Part shown: positions 24,175-36,200 of the stretch, piece by piece
Numbering within the stretch: the stretch's first letter is position 1
Layout of the letters: the number at the start of each line of letters is the position of its first letter
DNA from: Lama glama
Lineage: Eukaryota
DNA length: 64,000 nt
Assembly: GCA_028534125.1 (NCBI GenBank)
Contig: CM052816.1
Span: 42,596,001-42,660,000, forward strand
Reading direction: 5' to 3'
Notes under the pieces: generated by a model
What the model was told of the DNA's origin: nothing
The model's input: the letters and a program-made list of their open reading frames with translations, nothing else
The model's database searches: none
Program-made: the position numbers and the translations under genes

Positions 24175-26639
24175 AACACGACAGGATTTACACTTATAAT
24201 GACCCCCCCAGCTGCAGGGTAAGGCCAGGCAACGAGGCCGAGGTGGAGAGCCTAACGAGATCTCGCGAAGAGGAGATGAGGGCTGGGCCCAGGAGGGGCA
24301 GTCAGACTGGGGAGGCACTCAGCAGGCAAGATGGTTAGAGCCTGGGCACTCTGCGTAAGTGAGAAGCAGGGGGCAGGGGAGGAAGTGGCAGTAAAGATGC
24401 CGCCCCGGCTTCTGCCCTGGCCCAGGGCAGACGACAGTACTCACGGGAGGTGAGCAGCTCTGCTTGACAGGAGGAGAGAGGAGGGCGGCTTCCCTGAGGC
24501 TGAGACGCCTGCAGAGCACCAGGTGGGTCTTCTCAGGAAACAATGAACTATCAGTTACTGAGGCTCAGGAAAGAGTTTGAGGAACTCATCCATGAAAAGC
24601 TGATAGCTGGGGCCACCGTGCAGAGAAAACCCTTCAAGCAGAGTGTACACACAGCGCGAGGAGGACCCAACCCCAGGGCATACCTTAGGTGCAGGCAACA
24701 CTCCTGAGGAAGAGGCTGAGTCAGAATATCCAGGGAAACAAGAAGCCACAAACGTTCATGATGCCACTGCAACAGAGTATTCTATGCTCTGGATTCTTCA
24801 CTCAGCCAAAGCCACAGCATTTTCTGAGAAATGGAGAAGACGCCCCCTCTTTGCCATCTGTTTGTGCTCCATGTCCCATGAGAGGCCTTCTGCAGCTGTG
24901 TCCCGGGGCCCTCTCTCCTAGGACTTCAGACACCAGCCCCTGGGGCCGAGCTGTCGGGCAGAGAGCAGAGCTTCCATCTCTGCTCCCGGTACCCAACCCC
25001 CACAGGGGACCCAATGCAAATCGATCCTTTGGGAGGTTCACTCCACCGATTTACCAAAAACTCCACCCCCACACTTCTGAGTGAGTCTCAGACAGGACAC
25101 CTGGCTACGCTGTGAGATAGCAACAGGAAGGTCATGACGGATGTCCACCCAAGGAGTTTCAGCAGAACGGCTGATAAGGAGGTCAGGTTGCAGTGAGGTG
25201 AGGAGAGGGTGGGAGGAAGGTCAAGTATAGAAGGCGAACATACCAGCAAGTTCCATGAAACGTTGCTGTGACAAAAGGGCGGAGGCAGGAAAGCAGGGTC
25301 CAAGGAGATGGAAGGTGGTTGATGGTTGTTTGTAACAAGGGAGGGACTTGACCAGAGTCACAGGCTGAGGATAAAGTGCCAGCAGAGGGGGAGAGGCGAA
25401 CCCTAGACACTGAGAAAAGACTGAGTCTGAGGGAATCGCCAGTGCAAGGCGTGCTGAGGAGCCTCAGGCCAGTGAACACAAGGCTACCTTGAAGAGACCC
25501 TGGGCTTCCAGGGAGGTGCCTGGCCACAGGCTCAAGGAAGGAGATCAAGAGAGATGACAAGGACTCCACCACAAGCTTATCCAGCAGAGAACGAAGCTGT
25601 GATGGGGAGTCCCGTGCCCTGAAGAGGACGGATCACCTCAGGTCTCCCTGCCCTAGTCTTTGTGTTGACAGAGACCTCACTTCTTAGTCCCTCTCTGTGA
25701 CTCAGAATCCGGGCTTCTCATTTTCCCACTTAATTTTAGTTATAACTAGAGCTTCTTCCAGGAGTCAGTTTTCTTCCCTTCCCTCCATCACACTGTGCTT
25801 GGGATTCTGACGTAAGGATCAGTGAAGCGTGTGGCTCTGGCCCGGGCCCCCCACTCTGGAGATACTCTAGTCTCAGAGTAAAACTTCTGGGTAAAAGGAC
25901 AGTTCACCTTTAAAGGAGGTGGCTTTCCTGGTTTTGCTTGTTTAACTTACTGCACTCAGGGACGGTCAGAACTGGCCCTGGAACACAAGACTCTGCTTCC
26001 CCGCTTTAGGAAATGTGGTCACTACAGGAAAGAACATTGCGTCCTACAGTGTCTTTTATCACTCAAGGTGAATGGGGTGACTTATTACACCACTTAGACT
26101 CACAAACAGTCACACAGAGAAAAAGACCCTCATTAAATCTGCAGTCTGAAATTAGGATTTGTGTTGGAATTTGCTTCCGTGCTAAACTGCTGTTCAAGGA
26201 TCCCAAACTCAAATGTTTGTGGATGAAAAGCAGGTGTCTGGAAGGTGTGAGCTGGCTCAGGGGTCTGTAGCAAACCCCGCCTCTGTCTGCCTTTTCCAAA
26301 GGACAACAGCCACTCAGCCCCAGCTGCTGCCACAAATGAAGGCGACCTGACTTCTCAGGGTGAGGTTGCCAGTCCAGGTTCTTTTGTGAAATCTCCAGAT
26401 GTTCACATGTTGGTAACTAATCCCATTAAACAGTCACGACAACAAACAATGCCAGCCAAGCGAGACGGGACAGAGTCACAATTTCAATTTCGCTTCATCT
26501 AAAGAGATTTCAGTGCCTTCTGTTTCTTGAATGGTTTTTTGTTTTGTTTTATTTTGTTTTTAAAAAACAAAACCGTGTCTCTGAGACGGCAAAGATTTCG
26601 ACAAAGATTTGACTCTTGAAGGTCACTGTCTGCTTGGCC

Positions 26640-26968
26640 CCCTCCCTGGGGGAGGCTTCCCCAGAAAGTGATGACTCTGCTTTCTTCCCAAGGACAGGCG
26701 CTCCTGCAAGCACTGAGCACAAGGATCCCCGGGGCATAGCTACTGATGATGACACACAAGTAGGCGTTCCTACAAAGCTCTAGCTGGTGAATCACTCCAG
26801 ACTGGAATGACTTCAGGGCTGGCCCTTTAAAACTCATGCATGCTGCCGGGCAAACTCCTCCTCCAGGGAGGTTCCTTTAAATGAGAGCCAGCCGGCTGGG
26901 CCTCCGTTTTACACCCGATCAATACCTGCAATTGAGGTTTCCTCACCGGGAGGCAGCAGCCTGTCAGC
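26640..26968 (+). promoter_or_regulatory. GLRX: GLRX proximal promoter and 5' UTR
   Basis: ARE consensus ATGACTCTGC (26671-80), relaxed kB match GGGAGGTTCC (26866-75) abutting TATA-like TTTAAAT (26876-82), and good Kozak context AGCATGG. TSS inferred near 26905-26920. Confidence 0.65.
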
Positions 26969-27175
26969 ATGGCTCAAGCGTTTGTGAACAGCAAGATCCA
27001 GCCTGGGAAGGTGGTCGTGTTCATCAAGCCCACCTGCCCCTACTGCAGAAGGACCCAGGAGCTCCTCAGCCAATTGCCCTTCAAACAAGGGCTTTTGGAA
27101 TTTGTCGATATCACAGCCACCGGTGACACCAACGAGATTCAAGACTATTTGCAACAGCTTACAGGAGCCAGAACG
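26969..27175 (+). CDS. GLRX: Glutaredoxin-1, coding exon 1 (aa 1-69)
   Basis: MAQAFVNSKIQPGKVVVFIKPTCPYCRRTQELL...LQQLTGART with the CPYC dithiol motif. 207 nt, followed by phase-0 donor ACG|GTGAGT. Confidence 0.99.
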
Positions 27176-28437
27176 GTGAGTGTGGGGTTTCGTTCTCAAA
27201 GGTTTCAGAAAAGGGTCCCAGATTCCTCTTCTCGGGGCTGTGAACTGGGTACGCCTGTGCCTTTCTCTAGGACGCCGCTAGGGCTCCGTCACTCAAGACG
27301 ACGGGAGGGCTGCTCGGGGTGGGGGAGGGCGCCGGAGAGAAGACACTGCTTCCTTGAATGGGCGGCTGGACTGTGGCCAACGTGGCTCTCAGTTCAGAGC
27401 AGGGAGCACTGCTGATTGTGCTGGGCGTCAGGGTCAGTGGGCCCAGCAGCTATCCGGGAGTCACCGAGCAGCTATCTGGAGTCTTTGTTTTAAGCACTGC
27501 CGAGAAATGACAGTTTGAGTTTGCAGGGCTGGGGTGGAAGGAGGGGTGGAGGGGCCACGTGTGATCGGTACATTTCTGTTGTTGAACAAGAATCGCCTGC
27601 ACTCTTTCCTCTGTGTTCACGTGGCCAAGCGGGATTTGCTATCCTTCAATCTCTTCTCTAGGCTCTTTAATCTTAACCTAATCAGCTCATTCTCCCATAC
27701 CCTATCTAATTCCTCCCACTGGAAAATAATGGCTCATTATTGCTCCTTGTTCTAAATGAACAAGGTACTTCCAGGCCTGTCCTATAGGGAGTACAGTGGC
27801 CAGAGTTCCGGCTGGCTCTCACAATGGCTTGCTGGTGACTTCCTGGCAAGTCACCACCTCTGTGACTTTCAGGGACCTCCTGGCTGCAAGACCAGACTGC
27901 AATAGGCAACCTCTGTGTCCCTTTTGCTCTGAATAGACAGTGGGACCCTAAGAATGGCTCTCCTCTATCTGAAAATGCTTCCTCTTCCTCAGCACCTATG
28001 GCTCCTGGTGGGATGGCCAGCCAACCAGATCACCAGTATCAGTTCAGGTGCTGGGGATGGTGAGTGATGTCCCACCAGCTCACCCAAGCACCTTTCAGGA
28101 TGCACATCCTAAGGACACATATTCTAGTTCAAGTTTAGTTTGACTTACAGGATTTTCTCTGGGTTCTAGGTGTCAAGCATAGGAGGTTGTCTGTCCCTAA
28201 ATCTGGTCAGAAATCGGCATTCTGGTGCAGAGGGAGGAGAAACATGCTACCCTGTTGCTTCCAGGGCCCCAGCTGTGAGCTGAGGCCCCTCATCTCTGGA
28301 AAGTCTGGGAGTGGACGACAGTGGTGAGAGAGCCTCTTGCTGCTTGGCTGGACCACCAGCTGCACAGGTTGCTCGGGTCCTGACAGAAGGGCAGTGCCAG
28401 TATTCCACAGCCCCCACAGTGATCGATCCCTCTCAGC

Positions 28438-28910
28438 CAGTGCTTCCCAAATGTTGCACATTAGTATCACCTGAGCAACTTTAAAAATTATCCCAATGCC
28501 CAAGTCACACCTCAAGCCAATTAAATCACAATATGGGAGGTGGCAGCCGGGCATCAGCAGTTCTAAAGATCCCTAGGTCATGGATACAACCATTGAGTCT
28601 TGAGTAAGTTCTGGAGATGTAGTGTCCAGCATGGTGACTACAGTCAGTAATACTGTACTGTAGGCTTGAAATTTGCTGCAAGATTAGATCTTAAGTGTTC
28701 TCATACACGCTGTGTGTTATTAACTTGAATGCAGTAATCATTTCATAATACATATATATATATCAAACTGTGATATTGTACACCTTACATATCCACAAAT
28801 TTGTAAGTTATACCTCAATAAATCTGGAAGTGAAAATAGAGTTTATTCCCCATCAAAAAAAAAAAAAAAGATCCACAGGTAATTCCAATTTACAAGTTTT
28901 GGGAGCTACC
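28438..28910. mobile_element. MER5-like hAT-Charlie MITE interrupted by an L1 fragment
   Basis: CAGTGCTTCCCAAA..ATCACCTG..AGGTAATTCCAAT..TTTGGGAGCTACCTG. The two halves join across the L1 TSD. Confidence 0.65.
28579..28866 (+). mobile_element. 5'-truncated L1 (3' UTR)
   Basis: AGCATGGTGACTACAGTCAGTAATACTGTA..TACCTCAATAAA followed by poly-A. 14-bp TSD AAAGATCCCTAGGT (28565-78) / AAAGATCCACAGGT (28867-80). Confidence 0.88.
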
Positions 28911-29549
28911 TGTTTCAGCTTGGAAGCATCCATTCTCCAGCCAGAAAAGCAAACCTCTTCATGCATTCATTCAACTGTTTGCTTTTTGTTTTCATTTCTT
29001 TGTAAAGCAACACTTTTTCTTGTAGTGATCTTTTAAGTTTGGTTTTGAATTTTTAAAAATATTTTTAACAGGTTCTTGAGTCCTGAATGCACCCCTCCAA
29101 GAGGAGGAACAACTCCTTCAAAGCTGTATACTCCGTGATCCCTACCAGTGAAGGGTTTCTATTTGAAGAGACTGAAAGCTTGAGAGCTGTTGCTGTCTTG
29201 CTTATCCCGTGATGCCCTGTGGTGCTGTGCACGCAGCAGGAGCCCAGTGGGACTTGACCGAGTGCAGGAAGATAGGCCTTCATTCAGGCCATGTACTTGG
29301 AGAAACTTGCTTAGGTGTTGCTACAGCCACAGCTCCTAGATCAGTGCCTTCACTTATTCCTTCCCTAATGCTCTTTATGTAAATCCAAGTTCCTGACCTC
29401 TCTTATTTCCCTTCTCTCTGAAGAACATTTCTGAATACTCCTAACAAGGCAGATCTTTGGGCAACAAATTCCCTTAATTTTTGTTTGTGTAACAAAGTCT
29501 TCATTTCTCCTTCAATTTTGAAGGGTAATTTTGCTGGATACAACAAATA

Positions 29550-30230
29550 TTTTTAAGCCCACTATACTAGGCACTTTTCTGGACACTGGAAATACTGCCA
29601 TGAACAGGACAAACAGAAATTCCTGCCTTTGTGGAACTTACATTCTAGTAAATCTAATAAATAGTATGTTGGAAGGTAGTAAGTGATATGTGCTATGAAG
29701 AAAAACCAAGTGGGAAAGGGAAATAGGCTGTAGGCAGCAAGGTTCAGTGTTAACTAGAGCCATCAGGGCCTCACTGACTTAAGTAGATCTCTAAAGGAAG
29801 TGAGGGAGCAAAGCATGAAGAAATTTAGGGGTAGGGCATTCCAGGCATAGGAACAGCGAGTGCAAAGGTCCTGTGGCAGAAGCATGCCTGGCCAGGAGGC
29901 CTGTGTGGGTGGAGCATTATGAGTTAGTAGATGAGATCCGAGAGATCATGGGTTATAAGTTGGCAAGGTCTTCCAAAGTATCTTAAGGACTGTGCTTGTG
30001 CTGGGAGATAAGATGCCAAAAAAAGGGTTCTGAGCAGAGTAACTCTATCTGACTTAGTTTTGGTGACCGTGGGGAAAGGAGACTGTAGGAAGGCCAGGGT
30101 GAGGGTTGAAGACGCAATCAGGCAATCTCTAGGGCAGAGTTTTGTGCACAGTCTGGCACAGAAGCTGGGAGACATCTGGAGCCTAGAGCAGTAATTCTGA
30201 TGAGAAATGATGGTGGCTTGCACCAGGGAG
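29550..30230 (-). mobile_element. L2 LINE remnant
   Basis: L2-like antisense text (CTAGGCAC..GAACAGGACAAACAGAAATTCCTGCCTTTGTGGAACTTACATTCTAG..ATTCCAGGCATAGGAACAGCGAGTGCAAAGGTCCTG). A similar remnant lies at ~33560-34030. Confidence 0.7.
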
Positions 30231-30809
30231 TATCCGAGGGAATGCTGAAGAGTGTTGGGCAGCAGCTAGTAGCAGCTGCCGAATAACCCTAGAGCACAGA
30301 AGATGCCCCCAGCTGGGGCTGGAGGAAACCCCCAGGGGAGTCAGGGCCCCAGTGTTCCCATGCTTGCTTTGCTGGTGGTGGTTCTCTGCTTCTGAACAGT
30401 AACGGACTCCAGTTCCTCCAAAGAGGGAGACGGCTGCCAGGAGGCGAGGGCACAGAGGACACGTCTCCTCTTCCTTCCTCAGCTATGTCAGCCGCTTCCT
30501 GTTTTGTCACCACAGCCCCCACGCTGTCCTGTTTAGCCTGCTGTTCAGTGCCGTCTGGGGGAGCCGGGAACCAGCGTGGTCTGAGGAGGTTTTGCTGTTG
30601 TCTAGCCTAGAGGGTGGGTGTAAGGGCAGCGGGGCCTTTCAGCTCTCAGGCAAGCCAGCTTCTGTGCCAGACGGTGTGCACAAAACTCTGCCCGGAGACT
30701 GCCTCATTGTGTTTCAGGGCCTGTCTCGTGCGGCTGGAGGCTGCTACGGAGCTGTGGGTTTCCAAAGCCTCGTTATCCTGGGAGGAATGAACTGCCATAG
30801 TGCCAATCA

Positions 30810-30997
30810 GCAGTTTGCAGAAGTGATCCCTGGAGCAACCGAGTCAGTGTCACCTGGGAACTTGTCAGAAATGCAAGATCATAGGCTGCAATCCAGGTCT
30901 CCTAAATCAGAAACTTGGGCGGGACAGGGAGCAGAAATCTATGCTTTAACAAGCCATCCATGGTTCTGATGCACATTCCAGTGTGAGAACTGCTGTC
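30810..30997. mobile_element. MER5A-like MITE
   Basis: CAGTGTCACCTGGGAACTTGTCAGAAATGCA..AATCAGAAACT..TTTAACAAGCC..GTGTGAGAACTGCTG. A second copy lies at ~51220-51405. Confidence 0.75.
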
Positions 30998-31756
30998 TAA
31001 GGAGGGGGCTCCTTATTCCTCAGGGCCTTCTCTCCACCTGACTTAACTCAAACCCCCTTGGCCAGCACCCCGTCAAAAGTGCAGATGTGGCAAGTGGTAG
31101 GAGGGGTGACAACTGCTCAGTTCTTTTTGAAAATATAGAAGTGCAAGAATGAACATATCTCTTCCTTATTTCAAGCTCAGATGATTTTTATTCCTTTAGG
31201 AAATGCCTTCGACAGAAAGGGCCCTGCAGTGTAATGACAGTTGAATTACAGGAGGATTCTGTTCTATTTACTGTTACTGCTGACAACAGCCAAGTGTTTC
31301 TGGGGAGACCAGAAGCCAGGAGGCCCCCAGCACTTTGGGGAAGTGCTTTATTGGCTCTACCAGGATCCAGGGGAAAGCTTAGGTTTCTGACCTCATCTTT
31401 CTGGGCTATTCTTTCAGCTGATTAAAGAGTGTTGCCTTTAGGGTGCTTCTATTTGCAAAGCCCCCACCCCGGCGTGCAGTGCGGTGGGGAGCGGGGGAGA
31501 CAGGCAGCATCTTCGGAGACTGAGGAGGACACGACCAGGCTTTCTTGCTGGAACGCAGTCCTGTGTGTTCTGCCCTACTCTCAGGACACAGGAAACAGCC
31601 ATAGAAACATGGTGCAGGATTCTTTTTATTTTTGGCCTTAATTGTGAAAACCTACTTCCACCCAGTCCCCCTTCTTAATAAAAATACAGTAAGGACTTAT
31701 CTGAAATAATTCAGCCCTCTTCCTCAGCTCTCACTTTTTTAAAAAATTCATCTGAA

Positions 31757-32275
31757 CACGCACACCAGTGTTCATAGCAGCGTTATTTATAATTGTCAAG
31801 ATACGGAAGCAATCTAAATGTCTAACAGATGAATGGCTAAAGATGTACATATAAACAATGGAACACTACTCGGCCATAAAAAAGAATGAAATGTTGCCAT
31901 TTGCAACAATATGGATGGACTCAGGGTATTATGCTCAGTGAAATAAGTCAGACAGAGAAAGACAAATACTGCATATCACTTAGATGTGGAATCTAAAAAA
32001 TAAAACTAGTGAATATAATACAAAAGAAACAGACTCACAGATACAGAGAACAAACTAGTGGTTACCACAGGGAGAAGGAAGTGGGGGGGACAGGGGTCAG
32101 GGATTAAGAGATACAAACTACTACAAATAAAATAAGCTACAAAGGTATCTCAGACGACCCAGGGAATATAGTCAGTAACTGTATAATAGCTATAAATGGA
32201 ATATAACCTTTAAAAATTGTGAATCACTGTGTTATCCACCTGAAACTTGTATATCAACTATACCACAATTAAAAC
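31757..32275 (+). mobile_element. 5'-truncated L1 in GLRX intron 1
   Basis: End of L1 ORF2 plus 3' UTR (TGTTCATAGCAGCGTTATT..GCCATAAAAAAGAATGAAATG..TCAACTATAC). TSD AATTCATCTGAA at 31745-56 and 32276-87. Confidence 0.9.
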
Positions 32276-33248
32276 AATTCATCTGAATTACTATGCATTC
32301 TGGGGAAAATCTAAAGCTCTAAAAATGACTCTTACTGCCATCTTTCACCTCTCCTGCCCCTTCTGGTACGTTCCTAGTGTTCCTGCTTGCTCCTGACCGC
32401 TCGGGGGACCTGTACTGTGCTTGTTTCTTCACTGCAGTCAGCCTTTCTGTAGCATCCTTGGCCTGGAATTTGTCTGAGCCACAGTAATAGGATTCTCCCC
32501 ATCCAGGATGCCAAGGGCCCTCTGGAATCCTGGCATGTGCCCTACCTAGCAGCAGGGAGCGAGCCCCAGTGTGACTCGAGATAAACACACTCAGCAGGTA
32601 GAGTGACTGTGTCCGCCTGGGGGACCCACCCACTCCAGGTGTGAAAAAAGCAGACATGTGTCCTTGCTCCCAGAGCTGCAGCACTTGCATAGCTTAGGAT
32701 GGGCGAGATATTTAAGGAGGAGATTCAGATACCACCACCCCTTCCCCAGCTGAGGACAGAGCTCACAAAAGAGAGAGAGGACTCTAATAAACCGTGAGTC
32801 TAAAAATCAGGGACAGAGAACTGCTGCAGATAACTTCCCAGCTGCATTTAGAAACAAACTCCTTCCTGGTTACCATGGCTCAGTGTACAGGCTCAGGTGT
32901 GGTCCCAGCGGCAAAGAAACCAGAATTCAATCAGGGAGGTCCAGCTGCAGCCAACCAAAACTCTTTCCCTGAAACGAGCTTCTGGAGAGTAAACTTTCTA
33001 AATCTCTGACAAGTGAGACAATCTCATACACAGCACACTCAACTTGAAAAGCATCTTGGCTTAAAAACATTCTTGAATAATTTTATGCTGGTAATAAAGT
33101 TCTGACCTGAAAGAGTGTACATGAAGAGTTTGTAAAGTGATTTGAAAGGTTTTGGATCACGGGAAACATTTAGAGGAAGGATAAAGTATCATTCTTTCTC
33201 ATCTAATAATGAAGTTCCTTAAATGTCTTGGCTTGTTTGCTTTTTTAG

Positions 33249-33362
33249 GTACCTCGGGTCTTTATCGGTAAAGAGTGTATAGGTGGATGCAATGATCTAA
33301 TGAATATGCATGAGAGAGGGGAACTGCTGATGCGTCTAAAGCACATTGGAGCTCTACAATAA
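33249..33362 (+). CDS. GLRX: Glutaredoxin-1, coding exon 2 (aa 70-106 plus stop)
   Basis: Acceptor TTTTTTAG|GTA. Reads VPRVFIGKECIGGCNDLMNMHERGELLMRLKHIGALQ*, completing the TVP and GG motifs. Donor GTGAGT at 33365. Confidence 0.99.
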   Translation, partial: VPRVFIGKECIGGCNDLMNMHERGELLMRLKHIGALQ

Positions 33363-34944
33363 TTGTGAGTGACTGGTGTCGCAACGCTGGGCCAGGAACA
33401 CCAGGAGATGGTGGAATTCTACTGCTGTGTTTTATTGTAATTTACAGAGGCACTTTGGCTAGGGCAAAAATGATCTGGGATGATCTGAGAAACTGATGTC
33501 ATGTCTGAGTTTCCCATTTTAAAAATATTGATTGTGTCAATGGGAGGAAACTGTTTCACCCAACCTTCATTTAACAAATATTTATTTAGCACTTACTATG
33601 TGCCAGACACTGTACTTCGCACTGGGAACACAGAAATGAACAGAAAGACAACATGGAATTTATATTCTAGAAAAGTAGACAGGTCAAAAACAAGAAAGTA
33701 AATAATTTCTGAAACAAATGAATGTGGTAGAACATGGCAGGGGGTGGGGAGCAAACTTGGCTAAGATGGTCAGGGAAGGCCTTTCTCGGGGCTGGCTAGT
33801 TGAACAGAAAGGGACAGCCATGTAAAGATGAGGCAAAAGAGTTTTTCAGGCAGAAGAAATAGCAAGTACAAAGGCCCTGAGGTGACAAGTGTGGAATATT
33901 CAAGGAACAGAAAGCAAGCAAGAGCAGACTGAGTGAAGGGCAGTAAGAAGGGAAAGTGGAAACAAGTGTTCCTGAGGCTGGAACACACAGGCCATGGTAA
34001 GCAACTTGGATTCTCCTAAGTGCAATGTGAAGTCAAGTTAATTTTTGCTTTACCTGGGTTCATGCTGCGAATCAGTTCAATCTAATTGGCTTCCAAAACA
34101 AGAGAGCAAAGTTTTCTAAAATTGTAAGCTGAAGGAGATCTTTGGATGAATGGCAAAACCACAGGGTGATGAACTCTTCAGAAAGGAACAAAGATATTTT
34201 GGGGGTCTGATGGGCTCCCCTCCCCTCAGCTCTTGTTAGCTCAGCTAGTTTTGAACCAGACCATGCCACTGACTCATTTGTGGAAAGACTCAGTGTTTCT
34301 TTAGCCAAAGGAGAAATTTATGGTGCTTAAATCAAAATGTTCTTTGAGCCGTATTTATTGCCCATTAATTAATAACTAACCCTTGAGCAATGAGTACATA
34401 TAATTTGTGAAGGTTACTCAGAACAGCAACAGAAGTGAAAAACAAGATCTGAAAAATGCAGCTGAATCCCTCGAAATAAAAGTCAGTATTATCAAACTTT
34501 CATCACAATTCTGCATCATCATTACACCAAGTGAACACTATGTTTGGGTTAGATTTCTGGCCTCACCCCATGCACTAAAGCACTCAAAACCCAGTTAACT
34601 GTGGTACCAAATGTTTCCTACTCTGGAACACTTTTTAGCAATTTAGGCTTAGATTAATGGAACAAAACTAATGACTTTCCTGGGAAGGTAGGAAATACCA
34701 TTTCCCCAACTTCCTCTATGTTGGGATGGGCATGAGAGTCCCCCATATTCACTGGGTCTCTTTATTTGCATCGTCCTTCATAATTATATGCTCTCAGTAT
34801 TTTACTGGCAACTGCATCTCCAGGCCATCTGTAACCGATTGTGTTTAAAAAGCAAGAGTAAGTGTTCAGGTGATGAAAGGGAAGTGACGAGTATTGATTT
34901 TTCCAAGGAAATTCAATTCTTTTTTTTTTTTTTTTCTCCCCTAG

Positions 34945-36200
34945 CAGAGCAGACCCCAGGCTGATACGCCCTTGAGAGCTGGACAGCATTGCAGATAATG
35001 ACAGCACTTGGCTGGTGTATGGATCCGGGGCTACTTTTACCCAGCTACAGCAGCTATTTACTTAAAATTCTGAAACATGTTAACCAAAAAAAGGGAGTGG
35101 GTTTTGGTGGGGCAAAAACAGCCTATTCTTCTTTTGACTCAGTATTTAAAGCGGACCAGCTTGCCCCAAACCACAGGTCTGAGAAGTTTGATGGATGTCT
35201 TGGGATTCTTGTGCACTGGCCCTTTGGGTTCCAAAAGACTGTAAGCTTTGGTTTAGGATTTACTGGCTGACCCAAAAGATGCTCTTTCTCTTTGGTGCAT
35301 GTTTCTTTCTAACTATTCTCCATGTGCTGGGACTCTACCTCTTCACAGTGTTTCTCAACCAAGTTTATCCCAGACTCCGTACCTAGGATGAATCTATAGT
35401 TGGTTTTCTGTCCCTGCCCGAAAATGACTTTGTTGAGTTTGACTTTATGGAGTTTGTATTATGAAATCAATAGGTATTGTGAATGTGCTCTCTCGAACTT
35501 CGTGTGTCTCCCCAGTCACCATCTCCACCCACCCCATCCTACCCTGAGAGTCACTGCTGTGAACTAGTGTTTTTAACCTTGACCACTCAACAGATGTCAT
35601 AGGAAATATTCAACACTTCATGAAGGGTCTGAGCACCCAATTTGAGAGACATCACATGAAAGGTGAAGCATGTTGGTCCTCACTTGGTGCTACAAGGATC
35701 AGAGGTACAAGTGGAGATGCTGTGATCAAGTGGCTCTGTTATGTAAGACGGTTGTCCAGGGCATCCCGAACAAGTGCGTATTAATTTGCTTACATTATGA
35801 ATAAAAGTAAAACAAAATTTTAAACATTATCATGGAAAACTTACAGCCCCCATCCCAAAGACTGTGTATGTGAAAGTAGCTAAATTTGGGAAACACTGTT
35901 CTAAATGATTTTCTTTCTCTCCTTTCCCACCCTCACCCCATTCTACTAAAATTTAAGAATCTCTTATTATGAAGTCTGTCCTAGAATTGCAAGATTAATT
36001 TCCTTCTGTAGTCTCTACTGTGAATGGTTAATTTCTTTTCTAATAGAGGTACCCATGGATCACACAGTCATTTTTGTCTAATTCTTTTCTATGTTCTCCA
36101 GACCTTAAGGGATGGTATTAATGCAAAATATACCAATTTAAAGCTTTTTTTCATGTCTGTCCCCTACGATTATAAATAAAGGCACATGCTATTGTCTTTC
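34945..36200 (+). other. GLRX: GLRX non-coding last exon (3' UTR)
   Basis: Long T-tract plus CCCCTAG|CAG acceptor at 34944/34947. Sequence resembles mammalian GLRX 3' UTR as recalled. Second acceptor CAACAG|ATGTCATAGG at 35593/35594; AATAAA at 35800 and 36175. Confidence 0.8.
36175..36180 (+). terminator. GLRX: GLRX polyadenylation signal
   Basis: AATAAA followed by GT/T-rich sequence (TGGTTGGTGTAATTTTTT ~36213-36231). Confidence 0.75.

Noticed and set aside
27176..27415. Extension of the GLRX exon-1 ORF to 148 aa
   Set aside because: Read-through into intron 1 past a canonical GTGAGT donor; the true C-terminus is in exon 2.
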